DNA of 64,000 nt, taken from NCBI GenBank assembly GCA_963706575.1, contig CAVPNL010000004.1, positions 192,001 through 256,000 of the forward strand, written 5' to 3'. Origin of the DNA: an uncultured delta proteobacterium (lineage in GTDB: Bacteria; Desulfobacterota; Desulfobacteria; Desulfobacterales; JAHEIW01). The first letter of the stretch is position 1, and each line of letters starts with the position of its first letter. A model generated the notes under the pieces. It was not told where the DNA came from. It made no database searches and saw nothing but the letters and a program-made list of their open reading frames with translations. Positions 11,141 to 21,175 of this stretch are shown in pieces. A program made the translations under genes and the position numbers.

Positions 11141-11377
11141 ATTTCTCCTTCCTAATCGGTAAAGTGGTGCAATTTGGTCAAAACAAAATAATCCTGGATA
11201 TTTAAATTCTATCGAAAATCTTTCATCTGTAATAATGAAATGGTTGAACCAGTGAATCAAGAAATATTTCTAAACTGGTATTTCATAGTAGCGGACAACG
11301 CTAGCAAAGATAAAGAGGTTGCAAATTTTGAGCAGGCTTATTAAAATTATAATCGAATCTGATTTAGGAGATCTGCT

Positions 11378-11866
11378 ATGAAAAAAATGTATAAATTAAT
11401 GGCAATTTTAACGGGTTTCTTTACCATCATTGTTCTCAATTTTTCAGCCCTTCAGGCCGGATTGATAGAGCCAACCCGATCCCTCAAAGCAACCGCTGAA
11501 GACCCGGGTCAGCTAACGGTATTCAGTGAACCGCCGGGTTTAAACATCAAATTGGATGGGAAATCCGTCGGACAGACGCCGATGCGAATTAATATGGTCG
11601 ATCCGGGGACCCACCAGTTGCAGGTCGGGGAGTCTGTCACCGAAATCTATGTCGAACCGGGCCAACCATTTCATATTAGCCTGTTTAAGAATAAATTTAT
11701 CCAATTCCAGGTTGCTAAAAAGGAAACATCAGGAGCCGGAAAAACATTCGCCTCTGAAACCCAGGCCCCGAAACCCTCCTCTGGTTATTTAAGGACAAAG
11801 GAAGAAAACCGTAAGGCCTGGGAACGGTGGATGCTTTTTGTCAATGGCAGTTCCAATCATTTTTGA
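11378..11866 (+). CDS. secreted PEGA-domain protein
   Basis: signal peptide; GQLTVFSEPPGLNIKLDGKSVGQTP...PGTHQLQV. Confidence 0.8.
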   Translation: MKKMYKLMAILTGFFTIIVLNFSALQAGLIEPTRSLKATAEDPGQLTVFSEPPGLNIKLDGKSVGQTPMRINMVDPGTHQLQVGESVTEIYVEPGQPFHISLFKNKFIQFQVAKKETSGAGKTFASETQAPKPSSGYLRTKEENRKAWERWMLFVNGSSNHF

Positions 11867-12341
11867 GGACTGCTGCTTTGCCCCAAAGAATCCCATAATA
11901 CCTTCATTGATCAGCAGATCCTATCCATTTTTTGTCTGCTCCCGGGGTACCGGATCGGTTGATCTGCCAGCTGGGAATCGCTTAAGCTGCCCGTTTCTTG
12001 CTATCACATCAGACACCTTGTATTCCGTCAAAATTTAAACTGGCTATATCCTTTTATATACACCGCAGTGTTTTCAGGTATCAATAAAAGTCAAATATTA
12101 TCAGATAATTACGTCCTGTATCTCGATGGATGTATGTAAAAGTGTACAAAATCGGCCCCATTTCTTTTATGTAGCGTAAAAAAATGAATGGTTTTTCATT
12201 TTTTATAACAATATAACTATTTAATATATATATAATAACCATTTTTAACAAAAAATTGGTCGCCTGCTGATGAGATATTGGCAGGAAAATTGCTCTATAT
12301 TTTGTTCTTGTATATTTCCAACCTATTGGGCCTAGGGGGCA

Positions 12342-12857
12342 ATGAAGATGGAGCGCAGAAATCACCAACGCTATGGGGTCAAACCAGGCACTTTTGCCAT
12401 CCTCAGATCCACATCCATCGAATTGAGCAAGATAAAAGATATGAGCATGGGGGAGATTGCCTTTGCGGTGATCAAATCCAAACCCATTAAAATGGGTCAA
12501 ATAACCAATATCTCAAAAGATGGGCTGGCGTTTCATTACATCGATCGTCAGGATGGATCCAACAGCCTGTTTAAAATGGATATATTATTTGCCGGAGAGG
12601 CATTTTATCTGGATCGGCTACTGTTTAAGCCGGTTTTCGATATCCTGGTTGAAACAGATATCCCGCTAAATTCGTTTCCCATTCGAAAATGCGGTGTACA
12701 ATTTGGTGAACTGGATCACCGGCAACGATCTCAATTAGAATATTTCATCTGTAACCATACACTCGCTACAACCGATTTCAAGCCGGCGCTTCAGCCCTGG
12801 AATGATTCAAAAATGATGCTGTGTAAACCCAACGAAATGGTCGAATCAATCGTTTAA
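12342..12857 (+). CDS. PilZ-domain protein
   Basis: ERRNHQR (RxxxR), NISKDG (NxSxxG), CGVQFGEL. Confidence 0.82.
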   Translation: MKMERRNHQRYGVKPGTFAILRSTSIELSKIKDMSMGEIAFAVIKSKPIKMGQITNISKDGLAFHYIDRQDGSNSLFKMDILFAGEAFYLDRLLFKPVFDILVETDIPLNSFPIRKCGVQFGELDHRQRSQLEYFICNHTLATTDFKPALQPWNDSKMMLCKPNEMVESIV

Positions 12858-12869
12858 CCCGAACTGTTT

Positions 12870-13160
12870 ATGGCTCAATATGCTGCCCACCTGATGAAAA
12901 ATAAAAGAAAATATCCGCGAAAATTTTGTTCAGAGTCCTCATTTTTTGCAACCCGATACGGCGTTCACGAATGCTTCATAAAAAATCTGGGTAGCAAAGG
13001 CGCATTTATTGAAACCGATTTGTTTTTACCAGAGGGAAATATCGTGACAATCGCCTTGCCCGCTCGCGGGGCCGACAGCGGTCTCAAACTGAAAGGTAAA
13101 GTCGTATGGGCGGGTCAGTATGGATTTGGGATAGAATTTAGAGAATCCATCCTGATTTAA
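12870..13160 (+). CDS. stand-alone PilZ-domain protein
   Basis: KRKYPR, NLGSKGAFI, KGKVVW, GFGIEF. Confidence 0.78.
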   Translation: MAQYAAHLMKNKRKYPRKFCSESSFFATRYGVHECFIKNLGSKGAFIETDLFLPEGNIVTIALPARGADSGLKLKGKVVWAGQYGFGIEFRESILI

Positions 13161-13601
13161 ATCATTGTTGCACACTATCATCAAAAAGATTCGAACATAA
13201 GAAGATAAGATGGTGCCATTCTGCCCTACGCCCGCATCTTTACCTCCGCAACCAGCCCTGTTATCCAATTCCAGCGTTCTTTACTAGAAGATAAAATCCC
13301 TGCCGCTGTAACACCGTCAAATTGTGAAATAAATTACACAAACTGTGTCACTTTTTTTTCAAAGTCCGCCAGGCTACTAATTCGGATAGAAAGATAAGTG
13401 TTTATAATTAACTAAATATCTCATTATTTGTGTAATCGATTGGGTTTGCACGATTTTTGCTTCTAAGGAGAATTCAGGGGGGTATGTATTTTCTAAATCC
13501 CAAATATTTCCCTGGGGTTAAATCAATATTTCTATATAACTATATATCCATAAAAATGGAGCCGGAGCTGACATTTACACGGGAGATGAGGAAAGCATTA
13601 T

Positions 13602-13997
13602 ATGAATAAAAAAATGGATTGTCTGAACCAAAAGGGATTTACTTTAATTGAATTAATTTCTGTAATGATCATTATGGGGGTGGTTGCATCCGTATCCATT
13701 CAGAAATTTGATATCGTATCCGATACCGCAGGCGAAAGGGCATTACATTTGGGAATTAAAGAACTCAATATCAGAGAATCCTTAACATGGTCGAATGTTA
13801 AAATTTCCGGTGATGGATATTCCAATGATGAAGATCTATGGTCCCTGGTCGAACCGGATCTGGATCTGGGCGGCAAATATCGTTGGGACCCCGGTCCGGA
13901 TATATCCGCCGGGGGCACCCTGCACTTTGATTCGAATTCCATAGCGCTTAACCGGCAGCCATCAACAACGACATCAGCGGGTAAGTGGGAACCGTAA
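13602..13997 (+). CDS. type IV pilin-like protein (prepilin N-methylation motif)
   Basis: QKG|FTLIELISVMIIMGVVA class III signal peptide. Confidence 0.85.
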   Translation: MNKKMDCLNQKGFTLIELISVMIIMGVVASVSIQKFDIVSDTAGERALHLGIKELNIRESLTWSNVKISGDGYSNDEDLWSLVEPDLDLGGKYRWDPGPDISAGGTLHFDSNSIALNRQPSTTTSAGKWEP

Positions 13998-14023
13998 TCC
14001 CATTTAGCCTGGCATCCGATCTG

Positions 14024-14058
14024 AAAAAGCAGGGTCGCTAAGCGGCCCTGCTTTTTTT
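14024..14058. terminator. bidirectional intrinsic terminator
   Basis: AAAAAGCAGGGTCGC-TAA-GCGGCCCTGCTTTTTTT between convergent genes. Confidence 0.85.
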
Positions 14059-14064
14059 ACCTGT

Positions 14065-15447
14065 TTACAAGACCAGCGACTCAATAAATTCCAGCAGCTG
14101 GTTCAGGTTCTGGCAGGGGCGCACCTCGTCACAGTATTCCATATAGGTGCGCATTTCACTGTCGCCGCTATACCAGAAATAGGGTGTTTCTGGATTCAGC
14201 CAGATCACCCGCCGGCTTCTTTCGCGCATTTTGTCTAAAATTTTTTCTTCCGGATTGGTGTAATTGGTTCGCCCGTCACCGATAATGATCAGGGTTGTTT
14301 TTTTGTTGAGGATATCCAAGTAGCGGTTTTTAAACTGCCGAAAGGTCAACCCGTAGTCGGTTGCCGCGTTGTATTCAATATTGGCTTCTTTGAGAATTTT
14401 TTCAATGGCCTGATTGATTTCATGATCCTCAAAAACACGGGTCACCTCATCCAGTCCTGCTACAAATACAAAACTCCGCACCTGGGTAAAGCATTCCTGC
14501 AGCGAGTAAAGCATATTTAACATAAAGCGTGCCGCCGACCAGACGGATCCGGAAACATCACACAGGGCAACGATTTTGGCTTTTCGCTGCGGGTGACGGC
14601 GAAAGAACAGTTCAATCGGAATCCCTTGATAGCCTGCAGCCCGGCGAAGCGTTTTTTTGATATCTAACATACCCCTGCTACGGTGAGCATATCGTCTGCT
14701 GATGGTGTCTTTTAGCTTGCGCACCAGCTGCTCGATTACTTCCCGCATGGTTTCCACTTCTTTTTTGGTCAGGGATGCAAAATGAATCTCCCCCAGATGA
14801 TCCAGCCGCTGCCGATAAGATACATTTATATCAGTGGTATCTGCATATATCCGGCGGTCATGGGTTAACAGCCGGCGCGCACTTTCCAGACGGCTTTTAA
14901 AATGTGCGTCTAAATCCCGGCGTGCTTCCCAGTTTATCTGGTCCCGATTGTCGGCAAGAAACTGCTCCAGTGCCTTTTCAGCCGAATTGAGCCCCAGCAT
15001 GATATCAAGACGCCGTGTTACGGCCCCTAAATTGGACCCCAGACCGCGGTTTTGGTCGTCAGCATTTGCTCCGATCTGCTGAAGCTGTTCAAAATAAGGG
15101 AGGGGGTCGCCGTCTAAAAAATCAAGCACTGCCTGCAGGGTCTCATTTTCGTTTTCTGCCGGCGCCAGCGCGTGCAGAATATCGTGGATCTGTTCCGCCA
15201 GCGGTTCGGAACCGACGATTGAAGCATCCTGGCGCAGCTCGTGGAAAAACATTTGATAAAGGCGGTCAAAATGGTGCTGTTCCCTGCGGCTCTTGGCGAA
15301 ATTAGCGCGCAAGACCCCGGCAAACTGGGGCTCATCCATGATATCGACCAATCCCAATTGATCCAGGCAATCCAGCACCTCGGAGGTCGATACCCGCAAA
15401 CCCGCCGAGCGGGCGCAGGAGACGAATTTTAAAACCAGGTCAACCAT
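14065..15447 (-). CDS. CoxE-like vWA-domain protein
   Basis: LDIKKTLRRA, LCDVSGS MIDAS, TDYG, IIGDGRTN, WLNPE. Confidence 0.9.
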   Translation of the reverse strand: MVDLVLKFVSCARSAGLRVSTSEVLDCLDQLGLVDIMDEPQFAGVLRANFAKSRREQHHFDRLYQMFFHELRQDASIVGSEPLAEQIHDILHALAPAENENETLQAVLDFLDGDPLPYFEQLQQIGANADDQNRGLGSNLGAVTRRLDIMLGLNSAEKALEQFLADNRDQINWEARRDLDAHFKSRLESARRLLTHDRRIYADTTDINVSYRQRLDHLGEIHFASLTKKEVETMREVIEQLVRKLKDTISRRYAHRSRGMLDIKKTLRRAAGYQGIPIELFFRRHPQRKAKIVALCDVSGSVWSAARFMLNMLYSLQECFTQVRSFVFVAGLDEVTRVFEDHEINQAIEKILKEANIEYNAATDYGLTFRQFKNRYLDILNKKTTLIIIGDGRTNYTNPEEKILDKMRERSRRVIWLNPETPYFWYSGDSEMRTYMEYCDEVRPCQNLNQLLEFIESLVL

Positions 15448-15452
15448 TGGAA

Positions 15453-15557
15453 AAATGCCTAAAGTTTGAAATGCCTAAAATGACTAAAATAAAAATGGGA
15501 TTTTAACGTTTTAAAACTTTAGGCATTTTAGATCATTTTAGGCATTTTAGTGCATTT
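15453..15557. repeat. CTAAA(A/G)TG-unit palindromic element, short copy
   Basis: atgcctaaag/atgcctaaaa/tgactaaaa versus ttttaggcat/ttttagatca/ttttagtgca. Confidence 0.75.
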
Positions 15558-15558
15558 T

Positions 15559-16482
15559 TTATTTGACTATCTGATCCAGCTTATTCCCCACCAGATCCGC
15601 ATCAGCCTGATATTTGAGAATCACATTCAAAGTATCCCTGACCACTTCCGGAGACAGGTCTTCGATTTGAAGTGCAATCAGCGCTTGCGCCCAGTCCAGG
15701 GTTTCCGAAACACAGGGCTTCTTTTTCAGATCCAGATCCCGAATCTTGTGGATGGCATCGATCAACTGGTCGGCCAGCCGATCCTTAATCTGAGGAATTT
15801 TAAGCCGCACGATTCGCATTTCAAGGTCGCGGTCCGGATAATCAATATAAAGGTGGATACAGCGCCGCTTCAAAGCATCGCTCATATCGCGTGAATCATT
15901 TGAGGTTAAAAATACAAAGGGGATATTGCGGGCCGTGCGGGTGCCCAGTTCGGGAATGGATACCTGAAAGTCGCTCAGCACTTCTAAAAGAAACGCCTCG
16001 AATTCAGGATCGGATTTGTCGACCTCATCCACCAGCAAGACCACCGGTTTGGCGGATGAAATGGCCTGCAGCAGCGGTCGCGGTTGAATAAAGCGTTCTG
16101 AGAAAAACGCATCCTCCTGGGCCGCTATGCGATCCACTGCCTCCGGAAGATTTCGTGCGCCGGAAACCACATCATCAATTTTTTCTTTCACCATCTGAGT
16201 GTAAAGCAGTTGTTTGGCATACTCCCACTCATAAAGTGCTTTGGTTTCATCCAGTCCCTCGTAACATTGCAGGCGGATCAACTCACGTTCCAGGCTGCGG
16301 GCGACGGCCTTTGACAATTCCGTTTTACCCACTCCGGCAGGGCCTTCCACCAACACCGGTTTCTGGGTGGCCTGGGCCAAAAAAACAACCGTTGCAATCG
16401 TTTTTGAACAAATGTAGTCGGCTGCCTCCAGCGATGCGGCCACATGATCAACATCCTTAAATTTCTTCAATTTCTTACCCAT
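15559..16482 (-). CDS. MoxR-family AAA+ ATPase (CoxD-like)
   Basis: EGPAGVGKT, RLQCYEGLD, LLVDEVDK, DALKRRC; adjacent to the vWA partner. Confidence 0.92.
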   Translation of the reverse strand: MGKKLKKFKDVDHVAASLEAADYICSKTIATVVFLAQATQKPVLVEGPAGVGKTELSKAVARSLERELIRLQCYEGLDETKALYEWEYAKQLLYTQMVKEKIDDVVSGARNLPEAVDRIAAQEDAFFSERFIQPRPLLQAISSAKPVVLLVDEVDKSDPEFEAFLLEVLSDFQVSIPELGTRTARNIPFVFLTSNDSRDMSDALKRRCIHLYIDYPDRDLEMRIVRLKIPQIKDRLADQLIDAIHKIRDLDLKKKPCVSETLDWAQALIALQIEDLSPEVVRDTLNVILKYQADADLVGNKLDQIVK

Positions 16483-16731
16483 TGAGATTCACCCTGCGAT
16501 AGCGTGCGGTTGACAAAAGTATTTCTTAAAACTTTCATAACACACTGCCCATCCAGATTAAAGATAATATACAAAAGAATAGTTGGTTCGTCTATTGGCA
16601 CGTTAGGGCCCAAACTGAAAGTGACGCAAAGAATTTAGACGATGCGCTGTTCCTTATAGCCGACAGATTTGATTTCTACTTAATATTGTAGTACTTCAAA
16701 AGCATGTTCATCACCCAGGGAGTCATCCATC

Positions 16732-18378
16732 ATGAAAAAAATTAGACGATTCCATCTTAAAAATGACATGCTGGCCGCCAATTTTTTAGCTAACTTTGTT
16801 GGGGTATTTTTAGTAAACGGCCTGTTAATTTTGGCCGAAGGAACTCCTCCCAAACAAATTTGGACGCACCCGGTTGCGTATTGGGTGGATGCGCTTTTTA
16901 CACCATTTGCATTTATTTTTGTTACAGTGGCAACCCTGGTTTATGAAAAACCGATTCGCCATTGCTTAAATGCATTTTTCACAGGAGAATCTGCCTCCCG
17001 GAATCTACAACGCAAAGCCAGCCGCCGCCTGCTAAATGAGCCATTTGTCCTCATTATGCTGGATTTGAGCATGTGGCTGCTCGCCGCCGTTGTTTATCCC
17101 GTGATACATTGGGCCTATGGTGGTGGTACGAACATGATTCAGCGCTCATTGTATCTGAATATCAGCACCGGCCTGATCACAATTACCATGGCCTTTTTTT
17201 TGCTGGAACATATTTTACAAAAGAAGCTTGCACCTCTATTTTTCCCCAATGGCGGCCTGACATCGATCCCTAAAACAATGCGCATACGAATTCGCACCCG
17301 CCTGGCCGCGCTGTTATTTGCCTGTAACCTGATTCCGCTGATATCAATCATGCTCATGATGATGCGAGTCGGCGGTCTCCATCAGGATGCAGTCACCACC
17401 CTGCAGCAGTTGCGAATATCCATATATATAAATGCTTTTGTTTTCTTAGGGATTGGCATATATCTGACAGGTCTGGTCAGCAAGAATTTAACCATTCCCT
17501 TTACGGAAATTATTCAGACCCTGCAGGGGGTCAGAAACGGTCGCTTTGATAAAAAGGTACAGGTCACCACCAACGATGAAATCGGTTATACCGGAGATGT
17601 CATCAACGAAATGACCGAAGGGCTAAAAGAGCGCGAGCGCCTGCAGCAATCCTTGGATATCGCCATGGAAGTCCAACAAAACCTGCTGCCCGCAAAAGCG
17701 CCTCAAATAGATGGCTTAGATATTGCCGGCATCAGCATCTATTGTGAGGAAACCGGAGGAGATTATTACGATTATCTATTGACCGGTGAAAACGGTCTGA
17801 AAAAGGTCTGCGTGGTGGTCGGCGATGTCGCCGATCACGGCATCCCATCGGCGTTGCTCATGACGACGGCGCGGGCTTTTCTGCGCCAGCGCACCTCGCG
17901 ATCGGGTGAACTGGATCAGGTGGTCTCTGACGTGAACCGGCAACTGACCCGGGATGTCGAAGATTCCGGACGTTTCATGACGCTGTTTATCTGTGAGATC
18001 GACCGCAGCAATGAGGTCATTCAATGGGTCAACGCTGGTCATGACCCGGCGATGATCTACGATCGTAAAAGCGGCGAGTTTGAAGAACTCAGCGGCAATG
18101 CTCTGCCGCTGGGTGTTTCCGAGATGACGGCCTATCAAAAATTTGATAAAAAGATTAACCCGGACCAGATCATCATGATGGGAACCGACGGCATCTGGGA
18201 GGCCCAAAGCCCGCAAGGTGAAATGTTCGGCAAAGAACGTTTTAAAGATATTATCCGGAATACTGCCGGTCGGTCGGCAAGAGATATCCTTCAGGCGGTT
18301 ATCAAAGAAGTCGACAGCTTCTGTCATCCGCTGGAAAAAACGGATGATGTCACTTTGGTGGTCACCAAAATTACGTAA
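16732..18378 (+). CDS. membrane HAMP + SpoIIE/PP2C-type phosphatase
   Basis: about 6 TM segments, HAMP NDEIG, GGDYYD, GDVADHG, NAGH, TDGIWE, DDVTLVV. Confidence 0.92.
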   Translation: MKKIRRFHLKNDMLAANFLANFVGVFLVNGLLILAEGTPPKQIWTHPVAYWVDALFTPFAFIFVTVATLVYEKPIRHCLNAFFTGESASRNLQRKASRRLLNEPFVLIMLDLSMWLLAAVVYPVIHWAYGGGTNMIQRSLYLNISTGLITITMAFFLLEHILQKKLAPLFFPNGGLTSIPKTMRIRIRTRLAALLFACNLIPLISIMLMMMRVGGLHQDAVTTLQQLRISIYINAFVFLGIGIYLTGLVSKNLTIPFTEIIQTLQGVRNGRFDKKVQVTTNDEIGYTGDVINEMTEGLKERERLQQSLDIAMEVQQNLLPAKAPQIDGLDIAGISIYCEETGGDYYDYLLTGENGLKKVCVVVGDVADHGIPSALLMTTARAFLRQRTSRSGELDQVVSDVNRQLTRDVEDSGRFMTLFICEIDRSNEVIQWVNAGHDPAMIYDRKSGEFEELSGNALPLGVSEMTAYQKFDKKINPDQIIMMGTDGIWEAQSPQGEMFGKERFKDIIRNTAGRSARDILQAVIKEVDSFCHPLEKTDDVTLVVTKIT

Positions 18379-18402
18379 AGGCTATCTTAAAAATACAACA
18401 AG

Positions 18403-18561
18403 GAAAGTGCGCTAAAGTGAGAAGTGATCTAAATTGACTAAAGTTATGGAATTCTGCCCGTCGAGAGCCTCAGGGTCGAACGATCATTTTTATTAATGAT
18501 GGAGCATAGCGACGCCTTAACTTTAGGCACTCTAGGCACTTTAGCTCACTTTAGTCACTTT
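18403..18561. repeat. CTAAAGTGA-unit palindromic element, core reversed, with nested insert
   Basis: core is the reverse complement of the 36580 and 53568 cores; contains an extra ccgtcgagagcctcagggtcgaacg segment. Confidence 0.8.
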
Positions 18562-18635
18562 TTCATACGTTACACCAATTTATAAAACAGCATATAATTT
18601 GGATATTTAAATATTTACCGATAGAGGAGGAACGA

Positions 18636-19289
18636 ATGGACAAACCGATTGAAAACTATTGGCAGATTAGACTGGCGGAGGTGAAAACGGCCCTGGAAGC
18701 CAATAACTTTGAAGTTTTTTTAGCGGAAAAAAAGGAGGATGTGCATAAAATCGTCCTTGAGGACCTTATTCCACAATTAAAGCCCAAGACCATATCCTGG
18801 GGCGGTTCCATGACGTTTACCGGATCGGGCCTTTATAAAAAACTCAAAGACAGATCGGATATCGAAGTCTGGGATACGTTCGACGGCAAGATTTCCGATG
18901 ATGAAAAAAATCAACGGCGCCGGCAGGCCTTGCATACCGATCTGTTTATCACCGGAACCAATGCCGTCACCGAAGCCGGACAACTGGTGAACCTGGATAT
19001 GATCGGTAACCGGATCGCGGCGCTGACATTCGGTCCCCGCTGGGTCATCATTATAGTCGGGCGCAATAAAATCGTGCCCGATCTGGAGGAAGCCATTTTC
19101 CGGGTGAAAAACTATGTGGCCCCCACTAATTCCATGCGGCTGGATAAGAAAACACCCTGTGTCAAAACATCTTTTTGCGAAGAATGCAAAAGCCCGGACC
19201 GCATCTGCAATACCTGGACCATTACCGAAAAATCATTTCCCAAAGGCAGGGTAAAAATCGTACTCATTAATGAAGATTTAGGATTGTAA
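18636..19289 (+). CDS. LUD-domain (lactate utilization, LutC/YkgG-like) protein
   Basis: GGSMT, TGTNAVTEAGQLVNLDMIGNR, VGRNKIV, C-terminal PC...CEECKSPDRIC. Confidence 0.88.
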   Translation: MDKPIENYWQIRLAEVKTALEANNFEVFLAEKKEDVHKIVLEDLIPQLKPKTISWGGSMTFTGSGLYKKLKDRSDIEVWDTFDGKISDDEKNQRRRQALHTDLFITGTNAVTEAGQLVNLDMIGNRIAALTFGPRWVIIIVGRNKIVPDLEEAIFRVKNYVAPTNSMRLDKKTPCVKTSFCEECKSPDRICNTWTITEKSFPKGRVKIVLINEDLGL

Positions 19290-19342
19290 TTTGATTTAAT
19301 CTTGACACGCAACTATCAATTTCCTACATATCTTTAAAATAT

Positions 19343-19418
19343 TAGGTGGGGGTGGCTGAAATCAGCCTGAGATTATACCCTTGGAACCTGATCTGGGTAA
19401 TTCCAGCGAAGGGAATGT
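19343..19418 (+). ncRNA. TPP riboswitch aptamer
   Basis: GGGG...GGCTGAAATCAGCC-TGAGA-TTATACCC-TTGGAACCTGATCTGGGTAATTCCAGCGAAGGGAA directly upstream of thiM. Confidence 0.95.
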
Positions 19419-19448
19419 GTGGAATCGATCCGCATCGCATTACCGATC

Positions 19449-19478
19449 AAGCCGCTTACCGCTGGAAGCGGCTTTTTT
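19449..19478 (+). terminator. riboswitch expression-platform terminator
   Basis: AAGCCGCTT-ACCGCTGG-AAGCGGCTT-TTTT between aptamer and thiM. Confidence 0.85.
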
Positions 19479-19536
19479 CATCAATTGGTCGGTATTAAAT
19501 CGAGTTTGACAAATTGCAAACCGGGAGAGATCAATT

Positions 19537-20346
19537 ATGCTAGACCTAAATAAAAAAGCAGCGCAAAATTTATCTGCCATAAGGGCGCAAAAGCCCCTGA
19601 TTCATAACATTACCAATTATGTGGTCATGAATTACACGGCCAATGCCCTGCTGGCAATGGGTGCTTCGCCGGTAATGGCCCACGCCCAGAATGAAGTTGA
19701 AGATATGGTTGCCTTTGCCGGCGCGCTGGTGCTCAATATCGGCACCCTGACTGATGATTGGGTTCATTCCATGATAAAAGCCGGCAAAAAGGCCTCCGAG
19801 CTGCAAACACCCATTATTTTAGACCCGGTCGGCTCCGGGGCCACCCCGCTGCGTACCGACTCCAGCAAACAAATTATCGCGGAAACCCGGGTCAGCGTCA
19901 TCCGCGGCAATGCTTCGGAGATACTTTCCCTGCGGCATGCCGATTCCAAAACAAAGGGGGTGGATTCGATTCACTCGGTGGATGAAGCCGCCAAAACCGC
20001 AACCGTACTGGCTCAGGAACTCGACACCACCCTGGCAATCACCGGGCCGGTGGATCTGATCACCGACGGTGAGCGGGTGATCCGGGTTAAAAATGGACAC
20101 CCCCTGATGGGCTATGTCACCGGAACCGGCTGCACGGCCACCGTGACCATCGGCGCCTTTTTAGCCGTCGACGATGATCCGCTCAGTGCCACGGCAACTG
20201 CCCTGGCCTATTTTGGTCTGGCCGGTGAAGTTGCCGGACAAAATGCCAGCGCTCCGGGAAGCTTCATGATCCAGATGCTCGACGCCCTTTATACCATAAC
20301 CCCCGAAGCGCTTGAAGCGGGCTGTAAAATAGAGGCGGATGAATAG
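19537..20346 (+). CDS. thiM: hydroxyethylthiazole kinase
   Basis: PLIHNITNYV, GASPVMA, LNIGTL, LDPVG, IRGNASEI, VTGTGC. Confidence 0.96.
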   Translation: MLDLNKKAAQNLSAIRAQKPLIHNITNYVVMNYTANALLAMGASPVMAHAQNEVEDMVAFAGALVLNIGTLTDDWVHSMIKAGKKASELQTPIILDPVGSGATPLRTDSSKQIIAETRVSVIRGNASEILSLRHADSKTKGVDSIHSVDEAAKTATVLAQELDTTLAITGPVDLITDGERVIRVKNGHPLMGYVTGTGCTATVTIGAFLAVDDDPLSATATALAYFGLAGEVAGQNASAPGSFMIQMLDALYTITPEALEAGCKIEADE

Positions 20347-20423
20347 CGCCCCTGGCGCTTATTCATGGTTCTGGGTTCTGGGTTCAAAGGTTGGTTAACG
20401 GAAGATAGATGTCAAAAACGAAA

Positions 20424-20478
20424 GTAGGGTCGGCCTCTGTGCCGACCTCTGAATGGCGGGCGCAGAGGCCCGCCCTAC
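20424..20478. repeat. GTAG-type REP doublet (REPIN-like) inside a 7-nt-unit repeat element
   Basis: GTAGGGTCGGCCTCTGTGCCGACC ... GGCGGGCGCAGAGGCCCGCCCTAC, flanked by ggttctg-ggttctg-ggttcaa and cccagaacc. Confidence 0.75.
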
Positions 20479-20530
20479 TTCTGAGCCCAGAACCTTTAGA
20501 CCTTCGAGCCGAAAGGTAGGGGCAAGTATT

Positions 20531-21175
20531 ATGAAATTACAAAACATCGACTATTCCCTGTACCTGGTAACCGACCGGGGGTTGGCGCGCGGCCGCACTA
20601 CCCTTGAAATTGTCAGCGCCGCCGTTCACGGAGGCACTACCGTCGTGCAATTACGGGAAAAGGATTGTTCCACCCGGGATTTTATTGAACAGGCCCTGGC
20701 GATTAAAGAATTCCTCACTGATCACGGCGTCCCCCTGATCATTAATGATCGCGTGGATGTTGCCCAGGCCGTAGAAGCCGATGGTGTGCATCTGGGGCAA
20801 ACCGACATGCCTCTCGGAGCAGCCAAAAAGATCCTGGGAGATTCGATGATCATCGGCATATCGGCTGAATCTTTACAGGACGCCATCGAGGCTCAAAAAG
20901 GCGGGGCCGACTACCTGGGCGTCAGCCCCATTTATGCAACGCCCACCAAAACCGATACGGCACCACCTTTCGGCCTGGAAGGGCTGCGGGAAATCCGCAA
21001 GGCCGTCAGGCTCCCGCTGGTCGGCATCGGCGGTTTGAAGCGCGACAACGCCGCCGAAGTCATCCGCAATGGCGCAGACGGCGTGGCCGTGGTTTCCGCG
21101 ATCGTTGCCGCCGACGACCCTCAAGCGGCTGCAGAAGTGTTAAAGCAAATTATTATCGAGGCCCAACAGAAATGA
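20531..21175 (+). CDS. thiE: thiamine-phosphate synthase
   Basis: LYLVTD, VQLREK, INDRVD, GVHLGQTD, TPTK, IGGL; start reset to MKLQNID because the upstream extension is repeat DNA. Confidence 0.96.
   Translation: MKLQNIDYSLYLVTDRGLARGRTTLEIVSAAVHGGTTVVQLREKDCSTRDFIEQALAIKEFLTDHGVPLIINDRVDVAQAVEADGVHLGQTDMPLGAAKKILGDSMIIGISAESLQDAIEAQKGGADYLGVSPIYATPTKTDTAPPFGLEGLREIRKAVRLPLVGIGGLKRDNAAEVIRNGADGVAVVSAIVAADDPQAAAEVLKQIIIEAQQK

Noticed and set aside
16606..16665. CAAACTGAAAGTGACGCAAAG resembling a c-di-GMP-I riboswitch
   Set aside because: The stem around GAAA is only about 2 bp and the second hairpin cannot be formed; a cmscan would settle it
20453..20530. N-terminal extensions of ThiE and of the polyferredoxin (33206-33301, NPEPLN repeats)
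   Set aside because: Translations of intergenic repeat DNA; downstream ATGs fit the families
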